Shown piece by piece: positions 27,643 to 36,723 of a stretch of DNA of 64,000 nt. Each line of letters opens with the position of its first letter. The first letter of the stretch is position 1. Position numbers and translations under genes: made by a program. Origin of the DNA: an uncultured Candidatus Rokubacteria bacterium (lineage in GTDB: Bacteria; Methylomirabilota; Methylomirabilia; Rokubacteriales; CSP1-6); assembly GCA_963771355.1 (NCBI GenBank), contig CAVYTA010000005.1, positions 352,001-416,000 on the forward strand. Reading direction: 5' to 3'. The notes beneath the pieces were generated by a model, which saw only the letters and a program-made list of their open reading frames with translations, was not told where the DNA came from and did no database searches.

Positions 27643-28266
27643 GTGATCGTGACGCGATGGGGCCGCGCGATCCGCACCGCGGGGGCGGCGCTGCTCCTGG
27701 CCGGATGCGCGTCCGCCGTCGACGTCATCGCCACGAGCCCGTCCGCCACCAGTCAGCTGCTCGTGTTCCGCGCTCTCGAGCGGGCCGTCGCCGACCTCGA
27801 TCTGACGCGGCTGCGAGGCCGCCGGGTGGCCCTCGAAGTCATCTCTCAGCTCGGCGAGCTCGGCCTGGAAAAAGAGCCGAAATTCGCCGCCGCATATCTC
27901 GAGACGTGGCTGCGCACCAAGGGCGTCGAGGTGGGCGCCGACCATCCGGAGCTCCGCCTGCACGCTTATCTGCTGACCCTGGGATCGGATCGCGGCCAGA
28001 CTTTCGTGGGCATTCCCGCGTTCCAGGTCCCCGTGCTCACCATCCCAGTTCCGGAGATCGCGCTCTTCAAGTGGGTGCGAAACCGGGGCCGGGCGGACCT
28101 CCGTGTCTACGCGTTCGACGCCACGCAGAGAACCTTTGTCGAGGTGCTCCCCGACACGACCGGACGCTCGAAGTTCGACGACTTCACGATCCTGCTGGTG
28201 GCGGGCTTCACGGTGACGGACCTCGAGGAGCCCCTCCCGGGCACGCCGCCGCGCAAGCAGCCCTGA
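27643..28266 (+). CDS. Hypothetical lipoprotein
   Basis: Lipobox LAGC; SATSQLL...RAV region; no firm family. Confidence 0.7.
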   Translation: MIVTRWGRAIRTAGAALLLAGCASAVDVIATSPSATSQLLVFRALERAVADLDLTRLRGRRVALEVISQLGELGLEKEPKFAAAYLETWLRTKGVEVGADHPELRLHAYLLTLGSDRGQTFVGIPAFQVPVLTIPVPEIALFKWVRNRGRADLRVYAFDATQRTFVEVLPDTTGRSKFDDFTILLVAGFTVTDLEEPLPGTPPRKQP

Positions 28267-28296
28267 CGGCTCGCCGCTCGCCCCGCCCGCTTCCGC

Positions 28297-29289
28297 CTAC
28301 TTCTCCTCGAAGCTCGACTGCCAGAAGCGCACGCCCTTGCCCAGATCCTTCCATTCCGCGGCGGGGCGTTTGTCCAGCGACTTGCCGAAGTCGATCGCGG
28401 GTGGCATGCGCAGGTCGTGACCGAGCGTTTCCGGGAAGAGCTTCACCAGCTCCGCGGGCTCGAAGCGATGGTCTGCCTCCAGGCGCCGGATGGCCTGCGG
28501 CTGGGCGAGGAGAGTATAGCCGTAGCCGAAGGAGTGAAAGGCCTGCCCATTGACGTGGGCGGCGGCGTCGCTGGCGAGAAAGACCACCAGGGGCGCCACG
28601 TTGTCGGGATCGCGCTCGGTGCCCTTGGCCTGCTCGCTCGGCCACTTGCCGGTCTGCTCGAAGACCGCACGCCCGCGTGGCGTGGAGTCGATCATGCGCG
28701 TGGCACCGCTGGGCAGGATGGCGTTGCTGGTGACCCCGTACTTGCCCAGCGCGTGCGCGGTGGACCAGGTGAGCCCGAGGATGCCCGCCTTGCCGGCGGC
28801 GTAATTCGGCTGGCCCGGGGAGCCCAGCGCCGACACCGAGGACATGTTGACGATGCGCCCGGCCTTGGCCTCTCGCATGTGGACGGAGGCGGCGCGGATG
28901 GTGTTGAACGTGCCCTTGAGGTGGACGGCCAGCACGATGTCCCACTCTTCCTCGGTCATGTTGAAGATCATGCGGTCCCGGAGGATGCCCGCCACGTTCA
29001 CCACGATGTCGATGCGGCCCCACTCGCGCACCGCCTGCTCCACCATGTCGGTGGCCTGGCCGAAGTCGGACACCGAGCCGAAGTTCGGCACCGCCTGGCC
29101 GCCGGCCTTGACGATCTCGTCCACCACCTGCTGGGCGGGCGACTTGTCGGTACCCTCACCGCCCAGCGCGGCGCCGAGATCGTTGACGACGACCTTGGCC
29201 CCTTCCTTCGCCAACGCGATCGCGATGCCGCGCCCGATGCCGCGGCCCGCCCCGGTCACCACCGCCGTCTTGCCGTCGAGGAGTCCCAT
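28297..29289 (-). CDS. SDR family oxidoreductase
   Basis: TGAGRGIG, VNDLG, AGILRD, NYAAGK. Confidence 0.93.
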   Translation of the reverse strand: MGLLDGKTAVVTGAGRGIGRGIAIALAKEGAKVVVNDLGAALGGEGTDKSPAQQVVDEIVKAGGQAVPNFGSVSDFGQATDMVEQAVREWGRIDIVVNVAGILRDRMIFNMTEEEWDIVLAVHLKGTFNTIRAASVHMREAKAGRIVNMSSVSALGSPGQPNYAAGKAGILGLTWSTAHALGKYGVTSNAILPSGATRMIDSTPRGRAVFEQTGKWPSEQAKGTERDPDNVAPLVVFLASDAAAHVNGQAFHSFGYGYTLLAQPQAIRRLEADHRFEPAELVKLFPETLGHDLRMPPAIDFGKSLDKRPAAEWKDLGKGVRFWQSSFEEK

Positions 29290-30203
29290 CAGGAGCCCTT
29301 CTCCTTTCGTCCGTTCGTGCTGCGTTTGGCCGCGCCGGCGGTGGTCCGCCGAGCGGTTCTCCTGGCCCCGTGCCGAGCGGCCCGATAGTCGCCGAAGCGC
29401 CCGTCGCGCTGGTCGAGCGCGCGCTTGAGGTTGGCCCGCACTTCTTTCCGATACGCCACCGACTCGGGCTGGTGAAAGGCCAGCGCCTGGAGCTCGGTGC
29501 CCGCGCGGATGGCCGCGCGCATGCCCATGATCTCCATCGCGCGATGGACGGAGCGCTTGTTGATCTGCTGCAGCGAGGTGGGGATCTTGGCCACCCGCTC
29601 CGCGATCTCGAGCACACGCGCCTCGAGGCGGGTGGCCGGATAGGCGCGATTGGCCAGCCCGATGCGCGCGGCCTCAGCGCCCGACACCGGATCGCCGGTG
29701 AGCATCAGCTCCATGGCGTGCCGCATGCCTGCGAGCCAAGGGTGGAACTGAGTGTCGGGCGGGCTCATGAGGCGCACCGGCGGATAGCCGATCTGCGCGT
29801 CCTCCGCCACGTAGACGAGGTCGCAGGCGGCGGCCAGCTCGCTGCCGCCGGCGAGGCAATAGCCGTGTACCTGGGCGATCACCGGCTTGGCAAGGTCCCA
29901 GATCTGGAACCAGCCGTCCACCACGTGGCGCGGCCAGTGCCCGTCGCCCCCCGCCGTCGGATAGGGCCGTCCCTGGGTGAGGTCGGCCCCGAGGTCATAG
30001 CCCGCGGAGAAGCAGACCCCGGCGCCACGCACGATGGACACCCGCACGGCGTCGTCCCCGTCGGCGCGGCGGAGGGCGTCGAAGAGCTCGCCGCGCAGCT
30101 CGTTGCTGAGCGCATTGCGCTTCTCGGGCCGGTTGAGCGTCACCCGGCGCACGCCGGGCCGCGGGGAGTCCACCACGATGAAGCGATACGGCGCGCCGGG
30201 CAT
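29289..30203 (-). CDS. Enoyl-CoA hydratase/isomerase family protein
   Basis: LNRPEKRNAL, FSAGYDL, KPVIAQVHGYCLAGG. Confidence 0.92.
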   Translation of the reverse strand: MPGAPYRFIVVDSPRPGVRRVTLNRPEKRNALSNELRGELFDALRRADGDDAVRVSIVRGAGVCFSAGYDLGADLTQGRPYPTAGGDGHWPRHVVDGWFQIWDLAKPVIAQVHGYCLAGGSELAAACDLVYVAEDAQIGYPPVRLMSPPDTQFHPWLAGMRHAMELMLTGDPVSGAEAARIGLANRAYPATRLEARVLEIAERVAKIPTSLQQINKRSVHRAMEIMGMRAAIRAGTELQALAFHQPESVAYRKEVRANLKRALDQRDGRFGDYRAARHGARRTARRTTAGAAKRSTNGRKEKGS

Positions 30204-30208
30204 CGCGG

Positions 30209-30988
30209 TCAGGCGGAGTCAGGCGGCAGCGCGGCGAGGAACTCGCCCAGCACGCGGTTGAACGCCTCGGGCTGGTCGAGATTGGCCGAGTGCCCGGCCC
30301 CCGCGATCACCTCGAGGCGGGCGCCGGGGATCTTGCCCGCCATGTACCGGCAGGGCGCGAGGAAGGGCTCGTCCTGGTCGCCCACGATGATGAGGGTGGG
30401 CACGCGGATGGCGGGCAGGGTCTCGATGACGCGGCCGTCGTGCTGGGCGAGCATGCCCCGGGCGGCGTGCGCCAGCCACTTCGCCGAGCGATGGTGGCGG
30501 ACCGCATCGCGCATCTCCCGGCTCGAGCCGGCCAGCACGCCGAGGCCGCTGGTCTCCAGCTCCGCGGCCCGGCGGAAGGCGCGCTCGTTCCACGCCGCGC
30601 GTGCCTCCGCGTTCCGGTAGCCGGGGCCCGAGTCGCAGATCACCAGCGCGCGCACCATTTCCGGATACGCCGCGTGGAAGGCGAGGGAGACGTAGCCACC
30701 CAGCGAGAGGCCGCCGACGATCGCCCGCCGTATTCCGAGGTGGACGAGAAGAGCCCGCATGTCGGCCACGGTGTGGTCGGCGGAGTAGTGGGCGGGATCA
30801 TCGGGGCTCTCCGTCTCGCCGTGGCCCCGCATGTCCCAGGTGATCACCTGCCAGCGATCGGCGAGGGCACGGCGCTGGCCGTCCCACATGCGGCCGGTAG
30901 CGCCGAAGCCGTGCGACAGGAGCAGCGCGGGCCCCGCGCCGTCGACGTCATAGTGCAGGCCAGCGCCGTCGACCGCCGCGGTAGACAC
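30209..30988 (-). CDS. Alpha/beta fold hydrolase
   Basis: HGFG, WDMRGHG, GLSLGG, GDQD, AGHSAN. Confidence 0.9.
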   Translation of the reverse strand: MSTAAVDGAGLHYDVDGAGPALLLSHGFGATGRMWDGQRRALADRWQVITWDMRGHGETESPDDPAHYSADHTVADMRALLVHLGIRRAIVGGLSLGGYVSLAFHAAYPEMVRALVICDSGPGYRNAEARAAWNERAFRRAAELETSGLGVLAGSSREMRDAVRHHRSAKWLAHAARGMLAQHDGRVIETLPAIRVPTLIIVGDQDEPFLAPCRYMAGKIPGARLEVIAGAGHSANLDQPEAFNRVLGEFLAALPPDSA

Positions 30989-31003
30989 CGCTATTCTCTT
31001 CCG

Positions 31004-31119
31004 GTGCCGAGTCGAGTGACGAGCCAGACGAGGGCCGAGGGAGGCGTGGGCGCGAAGCGTACGTGAGTGTACGTTGAGCGACCGAGAACGAAGTCTGGCG
31101 ACGTCAATCGGCTCGGCAC
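31004..31119. repeat. 116-bp element with about 27-bp imperfect terminal inverted repeats (MITE/REP-like)
   Basis: GTGCCGAGTCGAGTGACGAGCCAGAC (31004-31029) pairs with GTCTGGCGACGTCAATCGGCTCGGCAC (31093-31119). Confidence 0.7.
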
Positions 31120-31144
31120 TACTTGGCGGCTCGGCACTACTTGG
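31109..31144. repeat. Perfect 18-bp tandem duplication spanning the SDR stop codon
   Basis: CGGCTCGGCACTACTTGG x2. Confidence 0.9.
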
Positions 31145-31925
31145 CGCCCGGCGGAGCGCCCATGTCCCGCGCCACCGCGATCTCCCGGCTCTGGTCGCGC
31201 GAGCGCGTGGGGCTGATCACGATCTCCTCGATCACGGTGCGCGCGGGCAGGGTGACGCAGAGGAGGATGGCCTCGGCCACGTCCTCCGGCATCATCATGG
31301 TCGCGCGGGCGGCGGCGTCCGGCGGCATCGGGCGGTTGTCGAGGATGGGCGTGTCCACCTCGGCGGGCATGATGGTGGTGGCGCGGATGCCCTTGTCGCG
31401 GAGCACGGTGTGCACGTGCCCCATCATGTTGCGCTGGGCCGCCTTGGCGGCGCCGTACACCGAGCCGCCGATGAGGCCGGGCTTCAGCGCTGCATAGGAG
31501 GAGACGGTCACGATGGTGCCTCCGCCGCGCTCGATCATGCTGGGCAGCACCGCCTGGGTGAGGAGATAGGCGCCGGTGACGTTGACCGCCATCACCTTTT
31601 CCCACTCCTCCAGCCCGATCCAGCGGAGGTTGCGGACCTTGCTGGAGTGCCCGGCATTGTTGATGAGGACGTCCACCTTGCCGAACTGCGCGAGCGTCCA
31701 CTGGGCCAGCTCCTGGGCCTCGGCGGGCCGGGACACGTCGCCGGGATGCGCCACCGCCTGGCCGCCGGCGCCCGTGATCTCGGCCACCACGTCCTCCAGC
31801 GGCGGCTTGCGCCGCCCGCTGATCACCACGCGCGCCCCTTCCTTCGCCAGCATGAGGGCGGTGCAGCGGCCGATGCCGGTGCCGCCGCCGGTGACGATCG
31901 CGACCTTGCCGTCGAGGCGGGCCAT
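31137..31925 (-). CDS. SDR family oxidoreductase
   Basis: TGGGTGIG, INNAG, YGAAK. Confidence 0.93.
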   Translation of the reverse strand: MARLDGKVAIVTGGGTGIGRCTALMLAKEGARVVISGRRKPPLEDVVAEITGAGGQAVAHPGDVSRPAEAQELAQWTLAQFGKVDVLINNAGHSSKVRNLRWIGLEEWEKVMAVNVTGAYLLTQAVLPSMIERGGGTIVTVSSYAALKPGLIGGSVYGAAKAAQRNMMGHVHTVLRDKGIRATTIMPAEVDTPILDNRPMPPDAAARATMMMPEDVAEAILLCVTLPARTVIEEIVISPTRSRDQSREIAVARDMGAPPGAK

Positions 31926-31934
31926 GGCGCGCGC

Positions 31935-32726
31935 CTAGTAGCCCGGCAGCTTGCCGGCCTTCACGCCCGTCTTCTTGACCGCGGCCGCTTCCTCCGCGGC
32001 GCGCTGGGCGAGGAAGCGGCTGTCGCTGGCGAGGGTGACGAACTGATAGCCGGCCTCGATCATCTTGAGCGAGTAGGCGGACGTGCTGTTGTGGATGCCC
32101 GCGATCACTCCATGCTTCTTGCACGCCTCCACGATCTTCTGCTGGGCCTCCACCACCGGCGCATCGGTCTGGTCGAGGCGGGGCTTGCAGCCGAGTGCGA
32201 GGGAGAGATCGGAGGGGCCCACGTAGATGGCGTCCACCCCAGGCACGCTGAGGATGTCGTCGAGGTTCTTGAGCGCCTCCGCGGTCTCGATCATGGGCAT
32301 GACCACGATGTCGTCGTTGGCATGGTCGCCGTAGTCGGCGCCCGCGTAGATGGAGGCGCGCACGGGACCCCAGGAGCGGTGGCCGCGGGGCGGATACTTG
32401 CAGTGGCGCACCAGCGCCTCCGCCTCCTCGCGCGTGTTGATCATGGGGCAGATGACGCCATAGACGCCGGCATCGAGAATCTTCATGAGCCGCGCCGGAT
32501 CATTCCACGGGACGCGCGCCATCGGGACCACGTCGGTGGTGGAGATGGCCTGGAGCATGGTCACCGCCACCTGGTAGTCGACGACACCGTGCTGCATGTC
32601 CACCACGAGGGAGTCGAAGCCCTGATGGGCCATCACCTCGGCGGAGAACGCGCTGGGAATGGCCAGCCAGCCGTTCACCACCGCCTCGCCGCGCGCCCAG
32701 ATCTTCCGGAGGGTATTCTCTCTCAC
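31935..32726 (-). CDS. HpcH/HpaI aldolase family protein
   Basis: VDMQHG, LDAG, YPPRGHRS, MIET, YVGPSDL; GTG start with AAGGAG RBS. Confidence 0.92.
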   Translation of the reverse strand: MRENTLRKIWARGEAVVNGWLAIPSAFSAEVMAHQGFDSLVVDMQHGVVDYQVAVTMLQAISTTDVVPMARVPWNDPARLMKILDAGVYGVICPMINTREEAEALVRHCKYPPRGHRSWGPVRASIYAGADYGDHANDDIVVMPMIETAEALKNLDDILSVPGVDAIYVGPSDLSLALGCKPRLDQTDAPVVEAQQKIVEACKKHGVIAGIHNSTSAYSLKMIEAGYQFVTLASDSRFLAQRAAEEAAAVKKTGVKAGKLPGY

Positions 32727-32839
32727 TACGGTCTCCTTTGGCCGGGATGACAGGGCCGGGACGGCCGGGACCACGATGACCAGCGCAACCTAGCACGCGC
32801 GCCGGGGCTCGGCAACCGGCCCCGACCCGCGGTCGGCGG

Positions 32840-34009
32840 TCAGCGGGGCCGACGGCGGAAGGCGTCCCGCATGCGATCGAGGCCCTCGGTGAGCAGGGCG
32901 CGGGGACAGCCGAAATTCAACCGCGCGAAACCCTGGCCGCCGGGGCCGAAGGTGACCCCGTCGTTGAGCGCCACGCGCGCCTGGTCCAGGAAGAAGGTGT
33001 AGGGATCGTTGCCGGAGATTCCCGCCCCCCGGAAGTCGAGCCAGGCGAGGTACAGGCCTTCGGGCGGATGGACCACGACGCCGGGGAAGTGCTCGCGCAC
33101 GTACGCCACCGTGTAGTCGCGGTTGGCCTCGAGATAGACCATGAGGGCGTCGAGCCAGGGACCGCCGTCGCGATAGGCGGCGTGCGCGGCGGCGAAGCCG
33201 AAGACGTTGGGATTGGCCACCAGGTCCACCTTGGTGGCGAGGAATTTTTCGCGGAGCGCGGCGTCGGTGACCACCGCGATGGCGCACTTGAGGCCGGCGA
33301 GGTTGAACGTCTTGGAGGGCGACATGAGGGTGACGGTGCGGGCCGCCACTTCGGGGCCCAGCGAGGCGATGGGCACGTGCCGCTGCCCCGCGTAGATCAG
33401 ATCACAGTGAATCTCGTCGGCGATGATCGCGACGCCGCGCCGCCCGCAGATCTCCGCCATCCGCGCCAGCTCCTCGCGCGTGTAGACGCGGCCGGTCGGA
33501 TTGTGCGGGTTGCACAGGATGAAGGCGCGGGTGCGACTGTGGATCGCGCGCTCGAACGCCTCCCAGTCCACCTCGTAGCGGCCGTCCGCGCGGCGCGCCA
33601 GCGGTGCCTCGTCGCGGGTGAGGCCCATGTTGCCCGGGCAGCGCAGGATGGGCGGGTAGACCGGCACCTGCTCCAGAAGGCCGTCGCCCGGCGAGGCGAA
33701 GACGCGCGCCGCCATGTTCAGGCCCGCGATCACGCCCGGCAGCAGCACCACCGCCTCGGGGCCGACGCGCCAGCCGTAGCGCTTCTGGAGCCGATCCGCC
33801 ACCACCTCGAAGAACTCCGGCTCCTCGTACACATAGCCGTACACGCCGTGCTCGGCGCGCTCGCGCAGCGCGCGAACGACCGGCTCGGGGGAGGCGAAGT
33901 CCATGTCCGCGACCCAGAGCGGCAGGACGTCCTTGTCGAACTTGCGCCACTTGTTGCTCGCGGTGGGACGCCGGTCGATGAGGCGATCGAAGTCGAACGT
34001 CGGGGCCAT
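32840..34009 (-). CDS. patB: MalY/PatB family PLP-dependent C-S lyase (cystathionine beta-lyase-like)
   Basis: LPLWVADMDF, CNPHNPTGRV, DEIH, SPSKTFNLAG, RLNFGCPR. Confidence 0.9.
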   Translation of the reverse strand: MAPTFDFDRLIDRRPTASNKWRKFDKDVLPLWVADMDFASPEPVVRALRERAEHGVYGYVYEEPEFFEVVADRLQKRYGWRVGPEAVVLLPGVIAGLNMAARVFASPGDGLLEQVPVYPPILRCPGNMGLTRDEAPLARRADGRYEVDWEAFERAIHSRTRAFILCNPHNPTGRVYTREELARMAEICGRRGVAIIADEIHCDLIYAGQRHVPIASLGPEVAARTVTLMSPSKTFNLAGLKCAIAVVTDAALREKFLATKVDLVANPNVFGFAAAHAAYRDGGPWLDALMVYLEANRDYTVAYVREHFPGVVVHPPEGLYLAWLDFRGAGISGNDPYTFFLDQARVALNDGVTFGPGGQGFARLNFGCPRALLTEGLDRMRDAFRRRPR

Positions 34010-34082
34010 GGAAGTCCTCCGGCCGATTATACTGGGCTCGAAGCCGCGATTTGTCCATCCCACCACTCGAGGAGGCGCGCGC

Positions 34083-34496
34083 ATGCCGTATCGGATCAAC
34101 CACATCCACCTGAAGTCTCCCGACCCGCTCAAGACCGCGCAGTGGTACGTCACGGCTTTTGGCTTCACGATCAACTCGGATGAGGTGCGAGTATTCGGCG
34201 ACCGATTCATCCGGTGCTCCAGCGCGGAAGGCGGCGTCAACGTGAACATCTCCGGCGCCCGCAGCGGCGAGACGCTGGGCCCCGGCGACGCCTCCGCGCA
34301 TCACGGGCTCGAGCACTTCGGCCTGGACTCCACCGACATCGAGGCCGATATCAAGCGGCTGGTGGGGCTGGGCGCTCAGACGCTCGAGGGGCCGATCAAT
34401 ATGGCGAACGGCGGGCGCATCGCCTTTCTTCGCGGTCCCGACGATACGCGGCTCGAGCTGGTCCAGGCTCCCCGCAAAGGCAAGGACCCCTGTTGA
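34083..34496 (+). CDS. VOC (glyoxalase) family protein
   Basis: INHIHLK, GLEHFGL, AFLRGPDDTRLEL; GAGGAGG RBS. Confidence 0.9.
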   Translation: MPYRINHIHLKSPDPLKTAQWYVTAFGFTINSDEVRVFGDRFIRCSSAEGGVNVNISGARSGETLGPGDASAHHGLEHFGLDSTDIEADIKRLVGLGAQTLEGPINMANGGRIAFLRGPDDTRLELVQAPRKGKDPC

Positions 34497-34540
34497 GAGC
34501 GTGAGTGACGACCGACGAAGACCGGCGCCTGCGCTCGAGC

Positions 34541-35344
34541 TCAGGCCGCGCGGCCCTTCACCGCCCAGGCGCGCGCGATCAGCGCGAGGCTACCGTCGGG
34601 ACGGATGGGAAGGGCCGCACGGAGCCGCTCCCGTAGCGTCGCCCGGTGCTCCTCGCTGAGCGACATGCAGTACGCGGGTGCCGGGCCCTGACCCCCGAGA
34701 AACGGCGTCCAGTAGTCGTCGAAATCCGGAAACGTGGTGGCGACGTCCACGGACCGCGTCGTGACCTCGTCGAGCCCCGCCGCGCGAGCCAGCTCGGCGA
34801 GCGGCCCCGGCCGGCACAGGGGAAAGCGCAGACCTTCGGCGAGGTCCCGCGCCGCGGGGTCCAGCTCCGCCGCCACGTCCCAGAAGTAGCGCATGAGCTG
34901 CATCTCCCCCGCGTAGTCCCACACGTACACCGCCACCACGCCGCCGGGCTTTACCACCCGGCGCATCGCGCCCATCATCCGGGCGGGCTCCGGAACGAAA
35001 TTGAGCACGAGACCGGACACGGCGGCGTCGAAGGCGGCGTTCTCGAAGGGGAGCGCCTGCGCGTCGCCCACCTGGAACGACGCACGCGGGTCGGAGGCAA
35101 GGCTCCGGGCGTGATCGACGAACCCCGCGGATGCGTCGATGCCGACGATGGTCGAAGGGGCGCTGTGCTCGAGGATGGTCCGGCTCAGCGCGCCCGTGCC
35201 ACAGCCCACGTCGAGCCAGCGCCGGCCCGCGGGCACGGCGAGCCAGCCGAGGAAGTCGCGCGCGACGAGCCGGCTCCAGCGGCCGATATAGCGCTCGTAC
35301 GCGCTCCCGATTGCCCATACGCCGCCGGGGTTCCCGGTGGTCAT
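34541..35344 (-). CDS. Class I SAM-dependent methyltransferase
   Basis: WLDVGCGTG, GDAQALPF, VKPGG. Confidence 0.92.
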   Translation of the reverse strand: MTTGNPGGVWAIGSAYERYIGRWSRLVARDFLGWLAVPAGRRWLDVGCGTGALSRTILEHSAPSTIVGIDASAGFVDHARSLASDPRASFQVGDAQALPFENAAFDAAVSGLVLNFVPEPARMMGAMRRVVKPGGVVAVYVWDYAGEMQLMRYFWDVAAELDPAARDLAEGLRFPLCRPGPLAELARAAGLDEVTTRSVDVATTFPDFDDYWTPFLGGQGPAPAYCMSLSEEHRATLRERLRAALPIRPDGSLALIARAWAVKGRAA

Positions 35345-36648
35345 GCGCGATCCGGGCCGGCGAGGGCTTCCACCAATGGCGGTGCTTCGGCGCCGGGGAG
35401 CTCCACGCCCAGCAGCCGCGCGGCGGTAGGCCCCAGCGAGAGCATGGACACGTCCCCCACCGTCGCCCCCGCGCGCACGCCCGGCCCCGCCAGCACGAGC
35501 GCGGCGCCCAGCCGCGGCAGATCGGGCATGTGCCCGTGCCCCGCCACATACGCGGGCGCCGCGGCGGCGGCCTCCAGCGTCGCGTGGCCGGTGAAGAAGG
35601 TGCCGTCCTCCGCCGCGACCATCAGGTCACCCTGCGTCGAGCCGGGGCCGGGCAGGGGCAGCCCCAGCTCGGCGAAGCGCTCGCGGCCGATCACGTCGAC
35701 GCCCGGGAGCGCGGCGAAGCGCTCGCGCAGCCGAGCCACGGTGGTGCGCGGCGCGCCGTCCAGCGCGTAGACATGCGCCGAGCCGCCATTGCCGGCGGCC
35801 CAGGCGAGGCGACGGGTGACGGCCCCGCGCGCGTCCAGCTCCAGCAGCCGCTCCTCGAGGAGGATCTGATTGAGGTGATGCGTGCGCTGGATGTCGGCGA
35901 ACCCATGATCGCCGAACACCATGAGGGCGGTGGTCTCCGCGCGGCCCAGCTCCGTGAGCGTGTCGAGGAGGCGCCCCACCAGGGCGTCCATCTGGAGCAG
36001 CGCCCAGCGGGCCTCGGGGCTGTCGGTGCCGAAGTCGTGCTGGTACGAGTCGAGCGTGAGGAAATGGAGCAGCAGCAGGCGCGGCGGGCGGACGGCGAGC
36101 ACGTGCCGTGCGGCCTCGAGCGTGAGCCAGTCCTGCATCGGTCCCAGCGGATGCGCGGCGCTCCACGGCCCGTAGCGGCTCACCGGCAGCCCCCGCGACG
36201 CCAGCTCGGTCCACAGCGGGCGCGAGGCATAGCGCTCGAACAGCTCCTGCTCGTAGAACTCCGGAATATTGTCCGGGATCGTCGCGACCCCGCGCGTCTT
36301 GGGCCAGCAGAGGCTGGCCGTCCGCTCACCGCGCGCGTGGAGGCGATCCCACAGGGTCTCCGCCTCGATGCCGCGCTCGGTACGGTCCCCGTAGTGCTCC
36401 ACCACCGTCCCGGTGTCGCGGTCGAACGTCACGTTGCCGACCACGCCGTGCCGCGCGGGCGACACGCCGGTGACGATGGACGTGTGACAGGGCCAGGTCA
36501 CCGTCGGGAAGATGCAGGTGAGGCGCCGCGCCCGAACGCCGCGGGCGGCGAGGCCGCGTAGCGCGGGCAGGTGGAGGCGCGGATCGTCCACGTAGCCGGC
36601 GGCGAGGCCGTCGATGCTGAGCATGATGAGGAGATCGGGCCGCGCCAT
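35341..36648 (-). CDS. Alkaline-phosphatase-superfamily nucleotide pyrophosphatase/phosphodiesterase
   Basis: SIDGL, FPTVTWPCH (Thr nucleophile), DSYQH, GDHG, GHGH; no signal peptide. Confidence 0.9.
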   Translation of the reverse strand: MARPDLLIMLSIDGLAAGYVDDPRLHLPALRGLAARGVRARRLTCIFPTVTWPCHTSIVTGVSPARHGVVGNVTFDRDTGTVVEHYGDRTERGIEAETLWDRLHARGERTASLCWPKTRGVATIPDNIPEFYEQELFERYASRPLWTELASRGLPVSRYGPWSAAHPLGPMQDWLTLEAARHVLAVRPPRLLLLHFLTLDSYQHDFGTDSPEARWALLQMDALVGRLLDTLTELGRAETTALMVFGDHGFADIQRTHHLNQILLEERLLELDARGAVTRRLAWAAGNGGSAHVYALDGAPRTTVARLRERFAALPGVDVIGRERFAELGLPLPGPGSTQGDLMVAAEDGTFFTGHATLEAAAAAPAYVAGHGHMPDLPRLGAALVLAGPGVRAGATVGDVSMLSLGPTAARLLGVELPGAEAPPLVEALAGPDRA

Positions 36649-36723
36649 CGTCACGATCCTGGTGTGTAGCACGCGCGAACCGTAACGCGCAAGCAATGGG
36701 GGCGCGCTATAATCGCCGCCGCC

